A DNA stretch of 64,000 nucleotides from Candidatus Sericytochromatia bacterium (GCA_035285865.1 JAYKHS010000011.1:1-64000), one strand, 5' to 3'; positions 39,139 through 50,397 are shown, numbered from the stretch's first letter. Program-made: numbers and translations. Notes: a model not told the origin generated them from the sequence alone.

Positions 39139-39420
39139 TTGTCGACCCAGTTGTTCGTGGCCAATCTGGCCTACCGCGTCAGCGATGCGGATCTTCACTC
39201 CCACTTCTCCCAGGTGGGTGAAGTCGTAAGCGCTCGCGTCGTCCTCGACCGCGAGACCCAGCGTTCGCGCGGTTTCGGCTTCGTCGAGATGGCTTCTGCC
39301 GACCTGGCTCAGGCGGCGATCAGCCAGCTTTCCGACAGCAACCTGCTCGGGCGTCCCATCTTGGTTCGGATTTCCGAGCCCAAGGGTGGTCCCCGTCCGG
39401 AGCGCGGCCCCCGCTACTAG
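39139..39420 (+). CDS. RRM RNA-binding protein (cyanobacterial Rbp-like)
   Basis: RNP2 LFVANL, RNP1 RGFGFVEM; SD GAGGTG + TTG. Confidence 0.95.
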   Translation: MSTQLFVANLAYRVSDADLHSHFSQVGEVVSARVVLDRETQRSRGFGFVEMASADLAQAAISQLSDSNLLGRPILVRISEPKGGPRPERGPRY

Positions 39421-39435
39421 GCCCTGACCGGTCTG

Positions 39436-39480
39436 CCGACGCCTTCGGCCCGCATTCTCGGGTCGGAGGCGTCGGTGTTT
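39436..39480 (+). terminator. Hairpin terminator after rbp
   Basis: CCGACGCCTTCGGCCCG-loop-CGGGTCGGAGGCGTCGG then TGTTT. Confidence 0.65.
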
Positions 39481-39503
39481 GCGCCCGACTTGCGGGCAGA
39501 AAG

Positions 39504-41339
39504 GTGACAGCCATCGTGCGGCAGGTCGAGGCTTCCCTCCTGGAACCGCTTCGTTTCCACTGGGGATTCAGCGAGTTGCTGCCCCATCAGGTTCCTGCCA
39601 TGGAACCCGTTCTGGCTGGACAGGACAGCCTCGTGGTCTTGCCGACGGGCGGCGGCAAGTCTCTGTGCTATCAGTTGCCAGCAGTGGCACGGGAGCAGTT
39701 GGCCATAGTCGTGTCCCCTCTGCTGGCCCTGATGCAGGACCAGGTTGCGAACCTTCAGGTACTCGGTGTCCCGGCAGCCGCATTGAACAGCGACATGACT
39801 CCTGAGGCTCGGCGTGATGTGGCCCAGGCTGCCCGGGAGGGTCACCTGCGACTGCTCTACCTGTCTCCGGAGGCGCTCGGGAATCCCGGAATCCGGCAAT
39901 TCATCGAAAGCCTGCCGGTGGCTTACTCTGTCGTCGACGAAGCGCACTGCATCAGCCAGTGGGGCCACGACTACCGGGAATCCTACCGGGGGCTCGCGGT
40001 GCTGCGCGAACTTGCCCCGGGCAAACCCATCCACGCCTTTACGGCAACGGCGACCCCTGCCGTTTGTCAGGACATCGTCCATAGCCTTGGCCTTCGCGAA
40101 CCTGCCGTCATCATCGGCAGCCTCCATCGTCCGAACCTGACTTTTCGCGTCGCCTACCGCCACGACACGACCGCCCAGATCGAGGAGGTGCTTCGGCGCC
40201 ACCGTGGAGAAGCAGGCCTCATCTACGCTCAGACACGCAAGCAGGTGGAGCGTCTGGCCGAGGCGCTGGGCAAGCGAGGTCATCATGCGCGTGCGTACCA
40301 CGCGGGCATGGACCCGACCCTTCGCCGCCAGATCCTGCAGGATTTCCGCGAGGAGCGTCTCGACCTCGTGGTGGCGACGGTGGCCTTCGGCATGGGTATT
40401 GACCGCGCAGATGTGCGCTTCGTTATCCACGCCGGCCTGCCCAGGTCCGTCGAGCAGTATGTCCAGGAGGCCGGCAGGGCTGGCCGGGACAGACTCGATG
40501 CGGAGTGCGTCCTTCTCCATAATGCCTCGGACATCGCGACGTGGCAGCGCATGCTGACGGCTGAGGACCCTGCCTTGGCGCAACATCAGTTGGCCCAGCT
40601 CCGCACGATGATCCGCTACAGCCGGACCTTGACTTGTCGCCAGGACGTGCTTTTGCGTCACTTCGGCCAGGATCCGCCAGTGGAGGCTTGCGGGCGTTGC
40701 GATGTCTGCCTTGGGGAGCAAGCCGTCCATCCGGAAAGCACGCTGCTGGTCCAGAAGGTGCTCTCTGCCGTGGGCCGGATCAAGCCCCCGCACGGCGGCC
40801 AGATGATTGCCGACGTCCTTGTCGGCAAGCGCCATCAGGCACTCGTCGACAAGGGTTTCGATCGGCTTCCGGTCCATGGCCTGCTCCGGGAAGAGTCCGT
40901 GGAGCATGTTCGAGACTGGATCGACCAGCTGGTGGGCCATGGACTCGTCAAGGTCCACCCTGAACACGGGACCATGACGGTGGCGGCCTCAGCAGCGCTG
41001 GTGCTGGCGGGCGAGCGCGCCGTTCCCTTGGGAGTCGCAGGTCGGAGTCGGCCAACACTTGGTTCCCGGCGGCCCGACGGCCCAGCCTCGCTGGGGCCCC
41101 ACGAGCAGGAGCTCTTCATGGTGCTCAAGGCCTGGCGTCGTCAGCGCGCACAAGAGGCGGCACAGCCGGCCTACTGCATCATGAGTGATGCGTCCCTCCA
41201 GGAGATGGCCAGGCTTCGTCCAAGGTCGGAGACTGATCTCGCCCGCATCCGGGGAGTCGGCGAGCGCCGTGCTGCGCGATATGGAGCGGAGCTGCTGGAG
41301 CTGCTGCAGCGCCGCGCCGCCACGCTGCCCGCAAGTTGA
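39504..41339 (+). CDS. recQ: ATP-dependent DNA helicase RecQ
   Basis: PTGGGKSLCYQ, VDEAHCISQWGHD, QEAGRAGRD, CGRCDVC, HRDC domain. Confidence 0.96.
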   Translation: MTAIVRQVEASLLEPLRFHWGFSELLPHQVPAMEPVLAGQDSLVVLPTGGGKSLCYQLPAVAREQLAIVVSPLLALMQDQVANLQVLGVPAAALNSDMTPEARRDVAQAAREGHLRLLYLSPEALGNPGIRQFIESLPVAYSVVDEAHCISQWGHDYRESYRGLAVLRELAPGKPIHAFTATATPAVCQDIVHSLGLREPAVIIGSLHRPNLTFRVAYRHDTTAQIEEVLRRHRGEAGLIYAQTRKQVERLAEALGKRGHHARAYHAGMDPTLRRQILQDFREERLDLVVATVAFGMGIDRADVRFVIHAGLPRSVEQYVQEAGRAGRDRLDAECVLLHNASDIATWQRMLTAEDPALAQHQLAQLRTMIRYSRTLTCRQDVLLRHFGQDPPVEACGRCDVCLGEQAVHPESTLLVQKVLSAVGRIKPPHGGQMIADVLVGKRHQALVDKGFDRLPVHGLLREESVEHVRDWIDQLVGHGLVKVHPEHGTMTVAASAALVLAGERAVPLGVAGRSRPTLGSRRPDGPASLGPHEQELFMVLKAWRRQRAQEAAQPAYCIMSDASLQEMARLRPRSETDLARIRGVGERRAARYGAELLELLQRRAATLPAS

Positions 41340-41365
41340 GGGCCTGAACGGGGCATGACTCGAGC

Positions 41366-42319
41366 ATGAAGATTCCGGATGTCGGGCCAAAGACTCATTC
41401 ACGGCCGATCGTGCCTCAGGGAAGGACGGATGCGGAGCCTGCCGCTCTGGTTCGGGACGCGTGGCAGGGCCAGCCCCAGCCCGTTCGGGTCATCACCTTC
41501 AATACGGCCGTGGGCAATTCGCGCATCAAGACACCCCAGCGATCCTTTCCGGACCTGCCCTTCTACCAGGAAGCCCTCGCAGGCAAGCAGGACGCTGCGA
41601 TTCTCTGCCTCCAGGAGGTCGGACCGGAACAGGTGAAGCGCTTGCGGGAGCTGGACAAGGCTGGCAGGCTCCACCTCAGCTATGACAGACTGCGCCCCTG
41701 GCAGGGGAACCTCGTGGTGGTTCCCGAGCGTTACGAAGTTCTTGCCGATCGGTCCAGGACATTCAAGAGCAGCCATGTGCGCGGAGTGCTTGCATCGCTC
41801 TGGGCGACGGTGACGGATGGGTACAAACCCAATGCGCTGCAATGGGCCGAGCCGAGAGGCTATACCGAGTTGCGCCTTCGAGACAGGCAATCGGGGCGCA
41901 CCCTCACGGTCATCAACACGCATCTGTCTCTGGACCCCGAGATGCGTCGCAGACAGGCCGATCATCTCGCCCGTGTGGTCTCTCGAGCCAAGGAGCACGG
42001 TCCTGTCGTTCTGGCCGGGGATCTGAACACGCACACGGCGGATCAGGCCATACAGGGCAGGCAGGGCAAGGCGGATGCAGCCATCCGGGACCGACTGCTT
42101 TCGAGCATGGTCGATGCTGGGCCTGCAAATCCGCCCGGCAAGCGCAAGAACATCGACTGGGTGTTGGTGGACGGCCTTGCGCCCGTGAGCAGTCGCTACT
42201 ATCTGGGCAAGGACCTGTCCCTACCCGGTTCACCTGATGCGGAACGTGTCAGCGACCATTACGCCGAGGACAATCTCCTCGCCTGGCCAGAGACCCGACA
42301 GCCTCAGTCGACGATGTAG
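41366..42319 (+). CDS. Endonuclease/exonuclease/phosphatase family protein
   Basis: TFN, CLQEV, NTHL, AGDLN, IDWV, SDH. Confidence 0.9.
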   Translation: MKIPDVGPKTHSRPIVPQGRTDAEPAALVRDAWQGQPQPVRVITFNTAVGNSRIKTPQRSFPDLPFYQEALAGKQDAAILCLQEVGPEQVKRLRELDKAGRLHLSYDRLRPWQGNLVVVPERYEVLADRSRTFKSSHVRGVLASLWATVTDGYKPNALQWAEPRGYTELRLRDRQSGRTLTVINTHLSLDPEMRRRQADHLARVVSRAKEHGPVVLAGDLNTHTADQAIQGRQGKADAAIRDRLLSSMVDAGPANPPGKRKNIDWVLVDGLAPVSSRYYLGKDLSLPGSPDAERVSDHYAEDNLLAWPETRQPQSTM

Positions 42320-43191
42320 CCGAGCCTTCGGAGATGGGCGGCGTCCTTGCGCCAGTTCGGAAGGACCTTGACCCTCAAAGCGAGGTGAACCCGGGTGCCT
42401 GTCTGCTGTTCGATGGCTTGGCGTGCCTGGGTGCCCACGGTCTTGAGGCGCTCGGCGCCTCTGCCGATCACGATGCCCTTCTGGCTCTCGCGTTCCACGT
42501 GGATGGTGGCCTCGATGTGGGTCAGCGCGGGATCGGTCTCATCGAAACGCTCGATGCTCACGGCCACGGCGTGGGGCAATTCATCGGACAGCTGCCTCAT
42601 GAGCTGCTCACGGACCAGTTCACCAGCAAGTTGTCGCAGCGTCTGATCCGTCACGACATCCTCGGGAAAAAGGGCCGGACCTTCAGGCATCAGGCCTACC
42701 AAGGATCGAATGAGCCTGTTCACGCCCGTACCCCGCTGAGCTGACACGGGATGCACGGCGCGAAAGGCACCGAGGGATGCATAGGCCTCCACGAAGCCCG
42801 CCTGCGGATTACTGCGGTCCAGTTTGTTGACCGCGAGCACCAGAGGTCTGCCCGAGGCGACGGCCCGGTCGATGACATGCCTGTCTCCGGGGCCCGGTGC
42901 TTCGGTACCATCGACGACAAGGAGGATGGCATCCACCTCGGTCAGGGCACGCTCTGCCTCGAGCACCAGTTGCTCGCCCAGAGGATGCAGTGGACGATGC
43001 ATGCCTGGGGTGTCCACAAAGATGATCTGGGCGTCCTCACCGTGCCAGACCCCGCGAATGCGATGCCGGGTAGTCTGCGGCCGGTTGGAGACAATGGCGA
43101 CTTTCTGGCCCGACAGGCGGTTGACCAGCGTGCTCTTGCCGACGTTCGGCCGTCCCACCACGGCGATGGTTCCGCAGCGCAAGCGCTTCAT
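42304..43191 (-). CDS. era: GTPase Era
   Basis: GRPNVGKST, QTTR, DTPG, NKLD, KH-domain SQKGIVIG. Confidence 0.98.
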   Translation of the reverse strand: MKRLRCGTIAVVGRPNVGKSTLVNRLSGQKVAIVSNRPQTTRHRIRGVWHGEDAQIIFVDTPGMHRPLHPLGEQLVLEAERALTEVDAILLVVDGTEAPGPGDRHVIDRAVASGRPLVLAVNKLDRSNPQAGFVEAYASLGAFRAVHPVSAQRGTGVNRLIRSLVGLMPEGPALFPEDVVTDQTLRQLAGELVREQLMRQLSDELPHAVAVSIERFDETDPALTHIEATIHVERESQKGIVIGRGAERLKTVGTQARQAIEQQTGTRVHLALRVKVLPNWRKDAAHLRRLGYIVD

Positions 43192-43592
43192 GGCCTCGGA
43201 GGCAGATCGAACTGCATGGGCAGCAGGTGACCGAGCGAGGTCTCCACGGGGCTGCCATCGGGGCCTTCGAGGATGACAGGCAGATCAGGGGCGAACTCCG
43301 CCATGACCTGCCTGCACGCCCCGCAGGGAGGACAAGGGGCTGCACGCTCCGCAGAAATGGCGATCGCCACGAAAGACCGCATTCCGGCAGCGACGGCCGA
43401 TGCAATGGCCGTACGCTCCGCACAGACCGTAAGCCCGAAAGTCCTGTTCTCCACATTGACCCCGTGGACGACAGAACCATCCGCCACCAGCAGGGCAGCA
43501 CCGACGGCGAACTGGCTGTAGGGGGCGTGGGCGCGACTTCGCACGGCTCGAGCCGCATCCAGGAGGCTGACCGCATCGAACTCGGGATTCAT
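43188..43592 (-). CDS. cdd: Cytidine deaminase
   Basis: [29 protein letters not shown]. Confidence 0.97.
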   Translation of the reverse strand: MNPEFDAVSLLDAARAVRSRAHAPYSQFAVGAALLVADGSVVHGVNVENRTFGLTVCAERTAIASAVAAGMRSFVAIAISAERAAPCPPCGACRQVMAEFAPDLPVILEGPDGSPVETSLGHLLPMQFDLPPRP

Positions 43593-45238
43593 GACCCAAC
43601 CTCTGCGTGTATCTGACGCTCCGCCCTAGCCAGAGCGGCGGCCACGAAGCCCTTGAAGAGCGGATGTGGCCTGCCGGGACGGCTCTGGAACTCGGGATGG
43701 AACTGGCAAGCCACATACCACGGATGCTCGGGCCACTCCACGATCTCGACCAGGCCACGGTCAGGCAGGGTGCCGGAGACAACCAGACCCGCACCCTGCA
43801 ATCGGGCCACGAAATGCGGATTCACCTCGAAGCGATGGCGATGGCGCTCACGGATCAGCTCCTCACCATAGGCGGCCGCCGCCAAAGTGCCCTCTTGCAA
43901 GGCACACGGATAGCTTCCGAGGCGCATCGTGCCGCCCTTGTCCTCGACGCCCTTCTGCTCGGGCAGGATGTCGATGACTGGATATGGTGTCGCCGGGTCG
44001 AACTCCGTCGAATGAGCACCGTCCAATCCGCAGACATCCCGAGCGAAGGCGATGACGGCGACCTGCATGCCCAGACAGAGGCCAAGGTAGGGAATACCGG
44101 CCAAGCGTGCCCGGCGTGCCGCGGCGATCTTGCCCTCGATGCCGCGCGCACCGAATCCCCCGGGCACCAGGACGCCATCAAGGTCAAGCAACCGCTCAAG
44201 CGCCTCCCCGCCCTCCTCGAGTTGCTCAGCAGCAATCCACTGAAGCTCGAGATCGGCATCCAGTGCTGCCGCCGCGTGCTTCAGGGATTCGAGGACAGAC
44301 AGGTAGGCATCCGCCAACTTGATGTACTTGCCCACCAGACCAATCCGGACCTGCCGCGATGCCTTGCGTTCACCCGTCAGGACCTCGGGCCATACCGGTG
44401 CAATGCCGCTTTCCCGCGTCTCGAGACGCAGGCGAGAAACCACCTGATCGGCGAGGCCCTCTCGCTCCAGGAGCTGGGGCACTTCATAGATGCTGCGCGC
44501 ATCCCGGGAATGAATGACCGCTTCCTTGTCGATGTCACAGAACAGCGCCAGCTTTTCCCGCACGCTTCCGGGCAGGTTGCGCTCGGCCCGACACACAAGG
44601 ATGTCGGGCTGGATGCCCAGGCTGCGCAACTCCTTGACGGAATGCTGCGTGGGTTTGGTCTTCATCTCGCCCGCAGCCTTGAGCGTCGGCACCAGCGTGA
44701 CATGAAGGTAGAGGACCTGGTCGCGACCGACGTCCTTGCGGAACTGCCGGATGGCCTCGAGAAACGGCAGACTCTCGATGTCCCCGACCGTTCCCCCGAT
44801 CTCCACGATGGCAATCTCGGCCTTGCGCCCGACCTTGTGAATGCGATCCTTGATCTCGTTGGTGACGTGCGGAATGACCTGAACAGTACCCGACAAGTAA
44901 TCGCCACGCCGCTCCTTGCTGATGACCTCGAGATAGATGCTGCCGGCGGTGGCACTGTTCTCGCGCGAGTGAGGCACATCGACAAAACGCTCGTAGTGTC
45001 CCAGATCCAGATCGGTCTCCGCTCCATCCTCCGTGACGAAGACTTCACCGTGCTGGTAGGGACTCATCGTGCCCGGATCCACATTGATGTAGGGGTCCAG
45101 TTTCAGGATGCGGACACCGAAGCCACGCTGGTTCAGAAGACGACCGAGGCTTGCGGCGACGATGCCTTTGCCGATGCTGGAAACGACTCCGCCGGTGACG
45201 AAGATGTAGCGGGTCGCGCGTTCGTGGCCAGGGCTCAA
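43589..45238 (-). CDS. pyrG: CTP synthase
   Basis: [46 protein letters not shown]. Confidence 0.98.
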   Translation of the reverse strand: MSPGHERATRYIFVTGGVVSSIGKGIVAASLGRLLNQRGFGVRILKLDPYINVDPGTMSPYQHGEVFVTEDGAETDLDLGHYERFVDVPHSRENSATAGSIYLEVISKERRGDYLSGTVQVIPHVTNEIKDRIHKVGRKAEIAIVEIGGTVGDIESLPFLEAIRQFRKDVGRDQVLYLHVTLVPTLKAAGEMKTKPTQHSVKELRSLGIQPDILVCRAERNLPGSVREKLALFCDIDKEAVIHSRDARSIYEVPQLLEREGLADQVVSRLRLETRESGIAPVWPEVLTGERKASRQVRIGLVGKYIKLADAYLSVLESLKHAAAALDADLELQWIAAEQLEEGGEALERLLDLDGVLVPGGFGARGIEGKIAAARRARLAGIPYLGLCLGMQVAVIAFARDVCGLDGAHSTEFDPATPYPVIDILPEQKGVEDKGGTMRLGSYPCALQEGTLAAAAYGEELIRERHRHRFEVNPHFVARLQGAGLVVSGTLPDRGLVEIVEWPEHPWYVACQFHPEFQSRPGRPHPLFKGFVAAALARAERQIHAEVGS

Positions 45239-46551
45239 GGCGCGGCCTCCCGGATGATCTGGACCCGCACCAGACGGCGAGCTTCGACGGCATCGGCGAC
45301 GAGCCGCAGGGTGTCGTAGCGCACCTCTTCCCCGCGAATGGGTGCACGGCCCAGTTGTCCGACGACGAAGCCCCCGATCGTGTCGAAGTCTTCCGTTGGC
45401 AGATCGGCACCGAGCAGGTCGTTGACCTCGTAGATGGGAAGGCGACCATCTACCAGAATCGAACCATCCTCCTGATGCTTGACCGGAAGATCCTCCTCGG
45501 CATCGAACTCGTCCTGGATGTCACCGACGATCTCCTCGAGGATGTCCTCGATGGTCACCAGCCCGGCCGTGCCGCCATACTCATCCATGACAACGGCCAT
45601 ATGGATCTTCATCCGCCGCATGTCCGTCAGGAGATCGTCGACGCGCTTGCTCTCGGGGATGTACGTGGCCGGGCGAACGTAGGCGCTTGGCAGGCTGCGG
45701 GGCCGGTCGGTGCGCGCGAGAAGACTCAGCAGATCCTTGACATACAGGATACCCACGATGTTGTCGCTGGTGTCCCGGTAGACCGGAATCCTGCTGTGAC
45801 CGGAGCTGATGACCATCTGGAGGGCCTCCTCCAGCGTGGCATCCGCCGACAGACAGTTCATGTCGATGCGCGGCACCATGATCTCGCGAACAGTGGTGTC
45901 GCCGAGTTCGAGCACGCCGTGGATCATCTCGTTCTCGTCGGTCTCGATGGTCCCTTCCTCATGGCCCACATCCGCCAGCATCCGGATCTCGTCGTCCGTG
46001 ACGAACGGAGTGGCGGCCTCGGGGCGCAGGCCGAAGAGATTGCGCAGCATGCCGATCAGGGCATTGCTGCAGAACGTGAATCCCTTGACGACGGGGCCCG
46101 AAAACCAGACGCACGCCAGGATCACGCGGCTGACCTTGAGACTCCACGCCTCCGCATAGGAGGCAGCGAAAGTCTTGGGCGTAATCTCGGCAAGCAGCAC
46201 GATGACGAGCGTCATCAGCAAGGAAGCGCCGAGCAGACCGCCCGGTGTCGCCAAGTTCCACGCCTCGAGCCATGTGCTGGACACGACGGTCCACACGGAC
46301 GAGGCGATGATGATGAGAAAGTTTTCGAGCAGCAGAATCGTCCCGAGCAGCCGATCATGCTGTTCACGCAAGCGCTGCAGGGCTACGGCGCGTGCGTCGC
46401 CCTTCTCGGCCAGATTGCGGACACGAATCCTGTTGACGCTCAAGATGGCCGCCTCGGACGAGCTGAAGAAAGCCACCCCCATCAGGCAGACCGTCAACAG
46501 GACGACCGCCGGCAACGGGGGAATCGGGTCCAAGGGGACGGTGGCCTCCAT
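45235..46551 (-). CDS. Hemolysin/CNNM (CorB/CorC) CBS-domain protein
   Basis: [49 protein letters not shown]; start approximate. Confidence 0.93.
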   Translation of the reverse strand: MEATVPLDPIPPLPAVVLLTVCLMGVAFFSSSEAAILSVNRIRVRNLAEKGDARAVALQRLREQHDRLLGTILLLENFLIIIASSVWTVVSSTWLEAWNLATPGGLLGASLLMTLVIVLLAEITPKTFAASYAEAWSLKVSRVILACVWFSGPVVKGFTFCSNALIGMLRNLFGLRPEAATPFVTDDEIRMLADVGHEEGTIETDENEMIHGVLELGDTTVREIMVPRIDMNCLSADATLEEALQMVISSGHSRIPVYRDTSDNIVGILYVKDLLSLLARTDRPRSLPSAYVRPATYIPESKRVDDLLTDMRRMKIHMAVVMDEYGGTAGLVTIEDILEEIVGDIQDEFDAEEDLPVKHQEDGSILVDGRLPIYEVNDLLGADLPTEDFDTIGGFVVGQLGRAPIRGEEVRYDTLRLVADAVEARRLVRVQIIREAAP

Positions 46552-46674
46552 CAACGGAGGCACGAGTGCGCCTGGCAACATCAAGACGAGCAGCCCCCCG
46601 AACAGGAGGGCTCGAGACTATGGTCGGGGTCGGAGGACATCAGACGTCTACAGTGTACCCGATGCAAGACGGCA

Positions 46675-46872
46675 TCAAGCTTTCGGTTGCCCTTCGGCCG
46701 GCGGGTCACCGGGCGGTGCACCCTTGCCCTCGGCATCGTCGAGCCCCTGAACCCCTTTGCGAAACTCGCCCATGGCCTTGCCCAGCCCACGCGCCAACTC
46801 GGGCAGCTTGCGCGGCCCCACGAGCAGAAGGGCGACAGCGCCAATCACGATTGCCGATGTCGTGGACACCAT
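46675..46872 (-). CDS. tatA: Twin-arginine translocase TatA
   Basis: TM + GPRKLPELARGLGKAMGEFRK. Confidence 0.9.
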   Translation of the reverse strand: MVSTTSAIVIGAVALLLVGPRKLPELARGLGKAMGEFRKGVQGLDDAEGKGAPPGDPPAEGQPKA

Positions 46873-46935
46873 GGACTCAGAACCGCCTCTCAGAAGATCC
46901 GGAAGAAATAGTTTAACACGCGCCCCACATGGGGC

Positions 46936-46964
46936 TTGACCTTCCTGCAGGCTTCAACTACTGT
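46936..46964 (+). promoter_or_regulatory. Putative promoter for the downstream lipoprotein
   Basis: TTGACC-N17-TACTGT in an AT-rich intergenic stretch. Confidence 0.5.
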
Positions 46965-47045
46965 TAACTTGTTCTTGGTGTTATCTTCCGTTTTAGATTG
47001 TTTCTTCAGAACCCCTGCACCCGAACCTTGAAAAGGGACTTTGCC

Positions 47046-47753
47046 ATGTCCGTCTTGATGAAGCGCACCTTGCCTGTGCTCGCCTTGGCCGTCGCCGCCG
47101 GCGTCACCGGGTGCGGCACCGTCGGTTCCCCGCTGTCTGCGGCCAAGTCGGCCTCCGTCTCGACGATGACGACACCGCCGGCCATCCCGGCGTGGAAGAA
47201 GGTCCTCGTCGTTCGTGACCTCACGGCCGATGAGGTGGCCTCCGACCTCTCCGGCCTGGTCCGTGTTGCGCACGATCTGGGACGGGCGCAGGGCTCCGGC
47301 CCCCTGCTCGAGTATGCCGTGGACAACCTGACCGCCGACCTCGCCTTCCGCAAGGACGTCACGATCTCGATGTTGTTCACGCCCCCGAAGTCGTTCGCCA
47401 GCGTCCTTGAGGTGATCGTGCGCGACGGGCGCATCGGGGTGTATGACTGGGGCAAGATGAAGAGCCTTCAGTTCATCCAGATGAAGGCCGTGCAGGGTGA
47501 GCCCGTCGGAGGCGTCGCCCTCGACCAGCTCAAGGACGTCCGCGAGTCGTTGACCAAGGCTGGCCTCCGTGCCGGTGCACAGGCCTTCGATTCGACCAGC
47601 GTCTACTTCAACCCGCTGCCCAAGCGCAAGCCTGACATGACCGTCGAGTGGTTCCCTGCTTACGTGGCCGTCAGCTACAAGGGTCATTACGCCCAGGGCA
47701 AGTACGTTCTGAACGCCGGCACGGGCGAGGTCATCTCGGCTCCCAAGCCCTGA
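47046..47753 (+). CDS. Orphan lipoprotein
   Basis: Lipobox VTGC; strongly GC3-biased codons; C-terminal YVLNAGTGEVI. Confidence 0.8.
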   Translation: MSVLMKRTLPVLALAVAAGVTGCGTVGSPLSAAKSASVSTMTTPPAIPAWKKVLVVRDLTADEVASDLSGLVRVAHDLGRAQGSGPLLEYAVDNLTADLAFRKDVTISMLFTPPKSFASVLEVIVRDGRIGVYDWGKMKSLQFIQMKAVQGEPVGGVALDQLKDVRESLTKAGLRAGAQAFDSTSVYFNPLPKRKPDMTVEWFPAYVAVSYKGHYAQGKYVLNAGTGEVISAPKP

Positions 47754-47761
47754 TCTGTCCG

Positions 47762-47810
47762 CCCATGTAGAACCCCCGGTTGCTACAGGCAACCGGGGGT
47801 TCTACATGGG
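47762..47810. terminator. Perfect 22-bp inverted repeat between convergent genes
   Basis: CCCATGTAGAACCCCCGGTTGC-tacag-GCAACCGGGGGTTCTACATGGG. Confidence 0.8.
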
Positions 47811-47818
47811 ATAGCGAC

Positions 47819-48211
47819 TCAGAACCGAGGAGTATGCCGGTCGCGAACGAACCGGGCTTCCTGCTCTTCGGCCTCCTGATGCTCGCGAATCTTGGAAAAG
47901 ACGAGGTAGTCGATGAAGTCCTCGATGTCCAGGATCTTGCTGCGGTCCTTCTCCGGATCCAGCTTGTTCATCCGGAAGTACTGATTGCGGAAATAGGTTT
48001 CCGTCAGGCGAATCCGGGTGCCCCAAGGGTCCATGTTGCCGCGGCGCAAATCCTCGCGGAGTTGGGCATACGTACCGGCCCGAGAAGCCCAAAGGGACTC
48101 CATCAGCTCCATCAACTCGCCCGGTTCGACTTCCTCGAGCGGATCTCCGTATCGGCGACGGTATTCCGAGGCCACTTCGGGATTCTCGAACTTCTCGAGT
48201 TCACGGCGCAA
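47819..48211 (-). CDS. Hypothetical acidic/charged protein
   Basis: Protein-like composition; GAAAGG before TTG; ends at the hairpin. Confidence 0.65.
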   Translation of the reverse strand: MRRELEKFENPEVASEYRRRYGDPLEEVEPGELMELMESLWASRAGTYAQLREDLRRGNMDPWGTRIRLTETYFRNQYFRMNKLDPEKDRSKILDIEDFIDYLVFSKIREHQEAEEQEARFVRDRHTPRF

Positions 48212-48419
48212 CGGGCACGACCTTTCAGGAGACTAGGCCGGGGCAACCTGCACGCGACCTCTACAGGGCCATCATAGCTCCCGCCGGCGGTCGCACGCAA
48301 AAGAACGGCATGGTGTAGTGACCGAAGCTTTTCCTTAGGTTAGCGGAATGTTTACCGAGTCTCGTCTGCTGCGGCCGATGAATCGCTTAGCCGTCTTGGT
48401 CAGGAAGAGGAGACCTACC

Positions 48420-49088
48420 ATGTCGCATCTCGCCATCCGCACCCCCAATGGTGTCGCCCCCATCGGGTCGGCCCGCCGCGACCTCTCTGCCATCTTGGCC
48501 GAGGGGGCGATGGCCGCCCGGCCTTCGGTGCCGAGCCGTGACATCGCGGTCCTGCCCCGGCGGGAGCTGGCGATCCGTCCGGAGCCCACCCGCACCGTCG
48601 GCGAGCATCTGCTGAGCAAGTTCACCAGCGGTGCCGGCAAGGTCGGTCGCTTCCTTCACGGCTTGGCCGAACTCACGATCGTTCCCTTCGTCGGCGAACT
48701 GGCTTTCATCAAGGGTCGCCAGGTCGTGAGCTCCTACGATCGGATTCTGGACCTGCCGTACGATTCTGCTGGTCGCTGGAAGGCGGACGCAGCCCGCATC
48801 AAGCGGGAGGAGGCGGCCCGGGCCCGCGAGGCCATCGCGGACCTGCCCATCGTTTCCGGAACGCGTGTCGTCGGCGAGGCGGTCGTCGACGGGACCGTGG
48901 CGGTGGGACGTGCTGCAGCGCGAGGCGTCGAGGCCGTCGGTGACTTCGCGGTCGACGCCACGCTGACAACTGTTCGGGGAGTCCGCGAGGCGGGTCGTCT
49001 CGCCGGTCGCACGGCCCTGGGGGCCATCGGGGATCTCGGCCAGAGCCTTGTCGAGTTCGCTGACGACAACCGCGCCAACTTCCGCTGA
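48420..49088 (+). CDS. Hypothetical protein with amphipathic Ala/Gly/Val-rich C-terminus
   Basis: SD GAGGAGA + ATG; followed by a hairpin. Confidence 0.75.
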   Translation: MSHLAIRTPNGVAPIGSARRDLSAILAEGAMAARPSVPSRDIAVLPRRELAIRPEPTRTVGEHLLSKFTSGAGKVGRFLHGLAELTIVPFVGELAFIKGRQVVSSYDRILDLPYDSAGRWKADAARIKREEAARAREAIADLPIVSGTRVVGEAVVDGTVAVGRAAARGVEAVGDFAVDATLTTVRGVREAGRLAGRTALGAIGDLGQSLVEFADDNRANFR

Positions 49089-49093
49089 CGCTT

Positions 49094-49132
49094 GACAGGA
49101 AGCCCCCGGCCCGCAGCCGGGGGCTTCCTGTC
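49094..49132 (+). terminator. Perfect 17-bp hairpin
   Basis: GACAGGAAGCCCCCGGC-ccgca-GCCGGGGGCTTCCTGTC. Confidence 0.75.
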
Positions 49133-49189
49133 GTGCGATGGGGAACCCGGCTTTGCAAACTTGTCGCACGTCAGACAACATGAGCACGC

Positions 49190-49660
49190 ATGGCAGACAG
49201 TTTCTGGGACAGGATGCAGGGATGGCTGGGCAAGCCCGTCCCTGACCAGCCCGTGCGATCCTCTGGCCGTGGTGGCGGGCCATCAGGTCCGGATCGAGCG
49301 AGGCTGGGGCCGCCTCCCCCGCCGGCCATCGAAGAGTTGCAGAAAGAAAGCGAGGAGCGTCGCTACCTGATTTCGGCCTGGGAGTCCTCACCTGACCTCA
49401 TCCCCGAGTTCAGGCAGCCCACGTACATGTACAAGCTCATCACGACGGAGCGGGAGTATGTCCAGGCCCAGTTGCATGCCCTGCAGCAGGCACGCGCGGC
49501 TCTGGCAGCCACGGGCGAGGCCGAGGGCGAGGCGGCGGAAGAGCTGGAGTCCCGGGAGATTGCCCTCCGGATGGACCTGAATCGTCTCTTTGGCCTGATC
49601 AAGAAGGTCACGGGGGTCCAACGGACCGGGACCGGCGGAACCGACTTCATCCCCATGTGA
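49190..49660 (+). CDS. Hypothetical coiled-coil protein
   Basis: MADSFWDRMQGWLG; helical C-terminal half. Confidence 0.7.
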   Translation: MADSFWDRMQGWLGKPVPDQPVRSSGRGGGPSGPDRARLGPPPPPAIEELQKESEERRYLISAWESSPDLIPEFRQPTYMYKLITTEREYVQAQLHALQQARAALAATGEAEGEAAEELESREIALRMDLNRLFGLIKKVTGVQRTGTGGTDFIPM

Positions 49661-49719
49661 TTCGGCCTAGGCTTGTGCCCGACGTACTGCAGCAGCAGGA
49701 TGGCGTCCGGAGGGCTTGT

Positions 49720-50350
49720 CATGTCGCGCTGGTCATTTCGGGGTATCGAGGGACAGGGCATCTGCGATCCTGACGGCGAGTGCATCGCACGCATCGGGGA
49801 CGTGCTCTGGGACCCTGTTGAACAGCGGGTCCTGACCTTCAAGGTACAGTGGCTGGATGCCAAGGCTCGGTCCCACGGCCCATCCGAGGATCTGCCCCTG
49901 AGCCAGATCAGACGGGCAGCTGCTTCACCATTCGAGTGCGCGCCACTGCCTCAGGCCACCGCAGGCCTGGATGCCGGGCTCGCCTCGCTTGGTCTGGCCG
50001 AGGGTGGCGCCATACTCGGGGCCAGCCTGACGGACGTCGGCCGCCACCTTCGGGGCCTTGTCGTCGATGTCCACTTTCTCGACGACGATGGCGCGATCGT
50101 GGGCTTCGAACTCGCCGACGGCAGCATCTGGCCCCCGTTGTCTGACTTGGAAAAGGTAGACCCAGGGGGTTGGCGAGGGCGGGGCAAGGACGGCACGGAA
50201 GATCCTGTCCACGGGGATTCCGGGCCGGGGCATCCCCGCGCGCGGCTGGCCGTGAACCCCTCGGAGATTCCGGATGTCGACGACACCACGGCGTCTTGGG
50301 GCACTTGGGGCGAACCCTTGCAGGAACAGACTCCGCCCCGGGTAGAATGA
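49720..50350 (+). CDS. PRC-barrel-like protein
   Basis: GQGICDPDGECIARIGDVLWDP..VLTF and a second GLVVDVHF..GAIVGFEL repeat; SD GGAGG. Confidence 0.6.
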
Positions 50351-50397
50351 CGCCATCCACTCGGACCCGTGCGGGTCCTCTCACGCCAGGAACCTCC

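Noticed and set aside
48351..48381. Sigma28-like GCCGATGA upstream of the 48420 orphan
   Set aside because: No convincing TAAA -35 at the proper spacing, and the octamer is common at this GC content.
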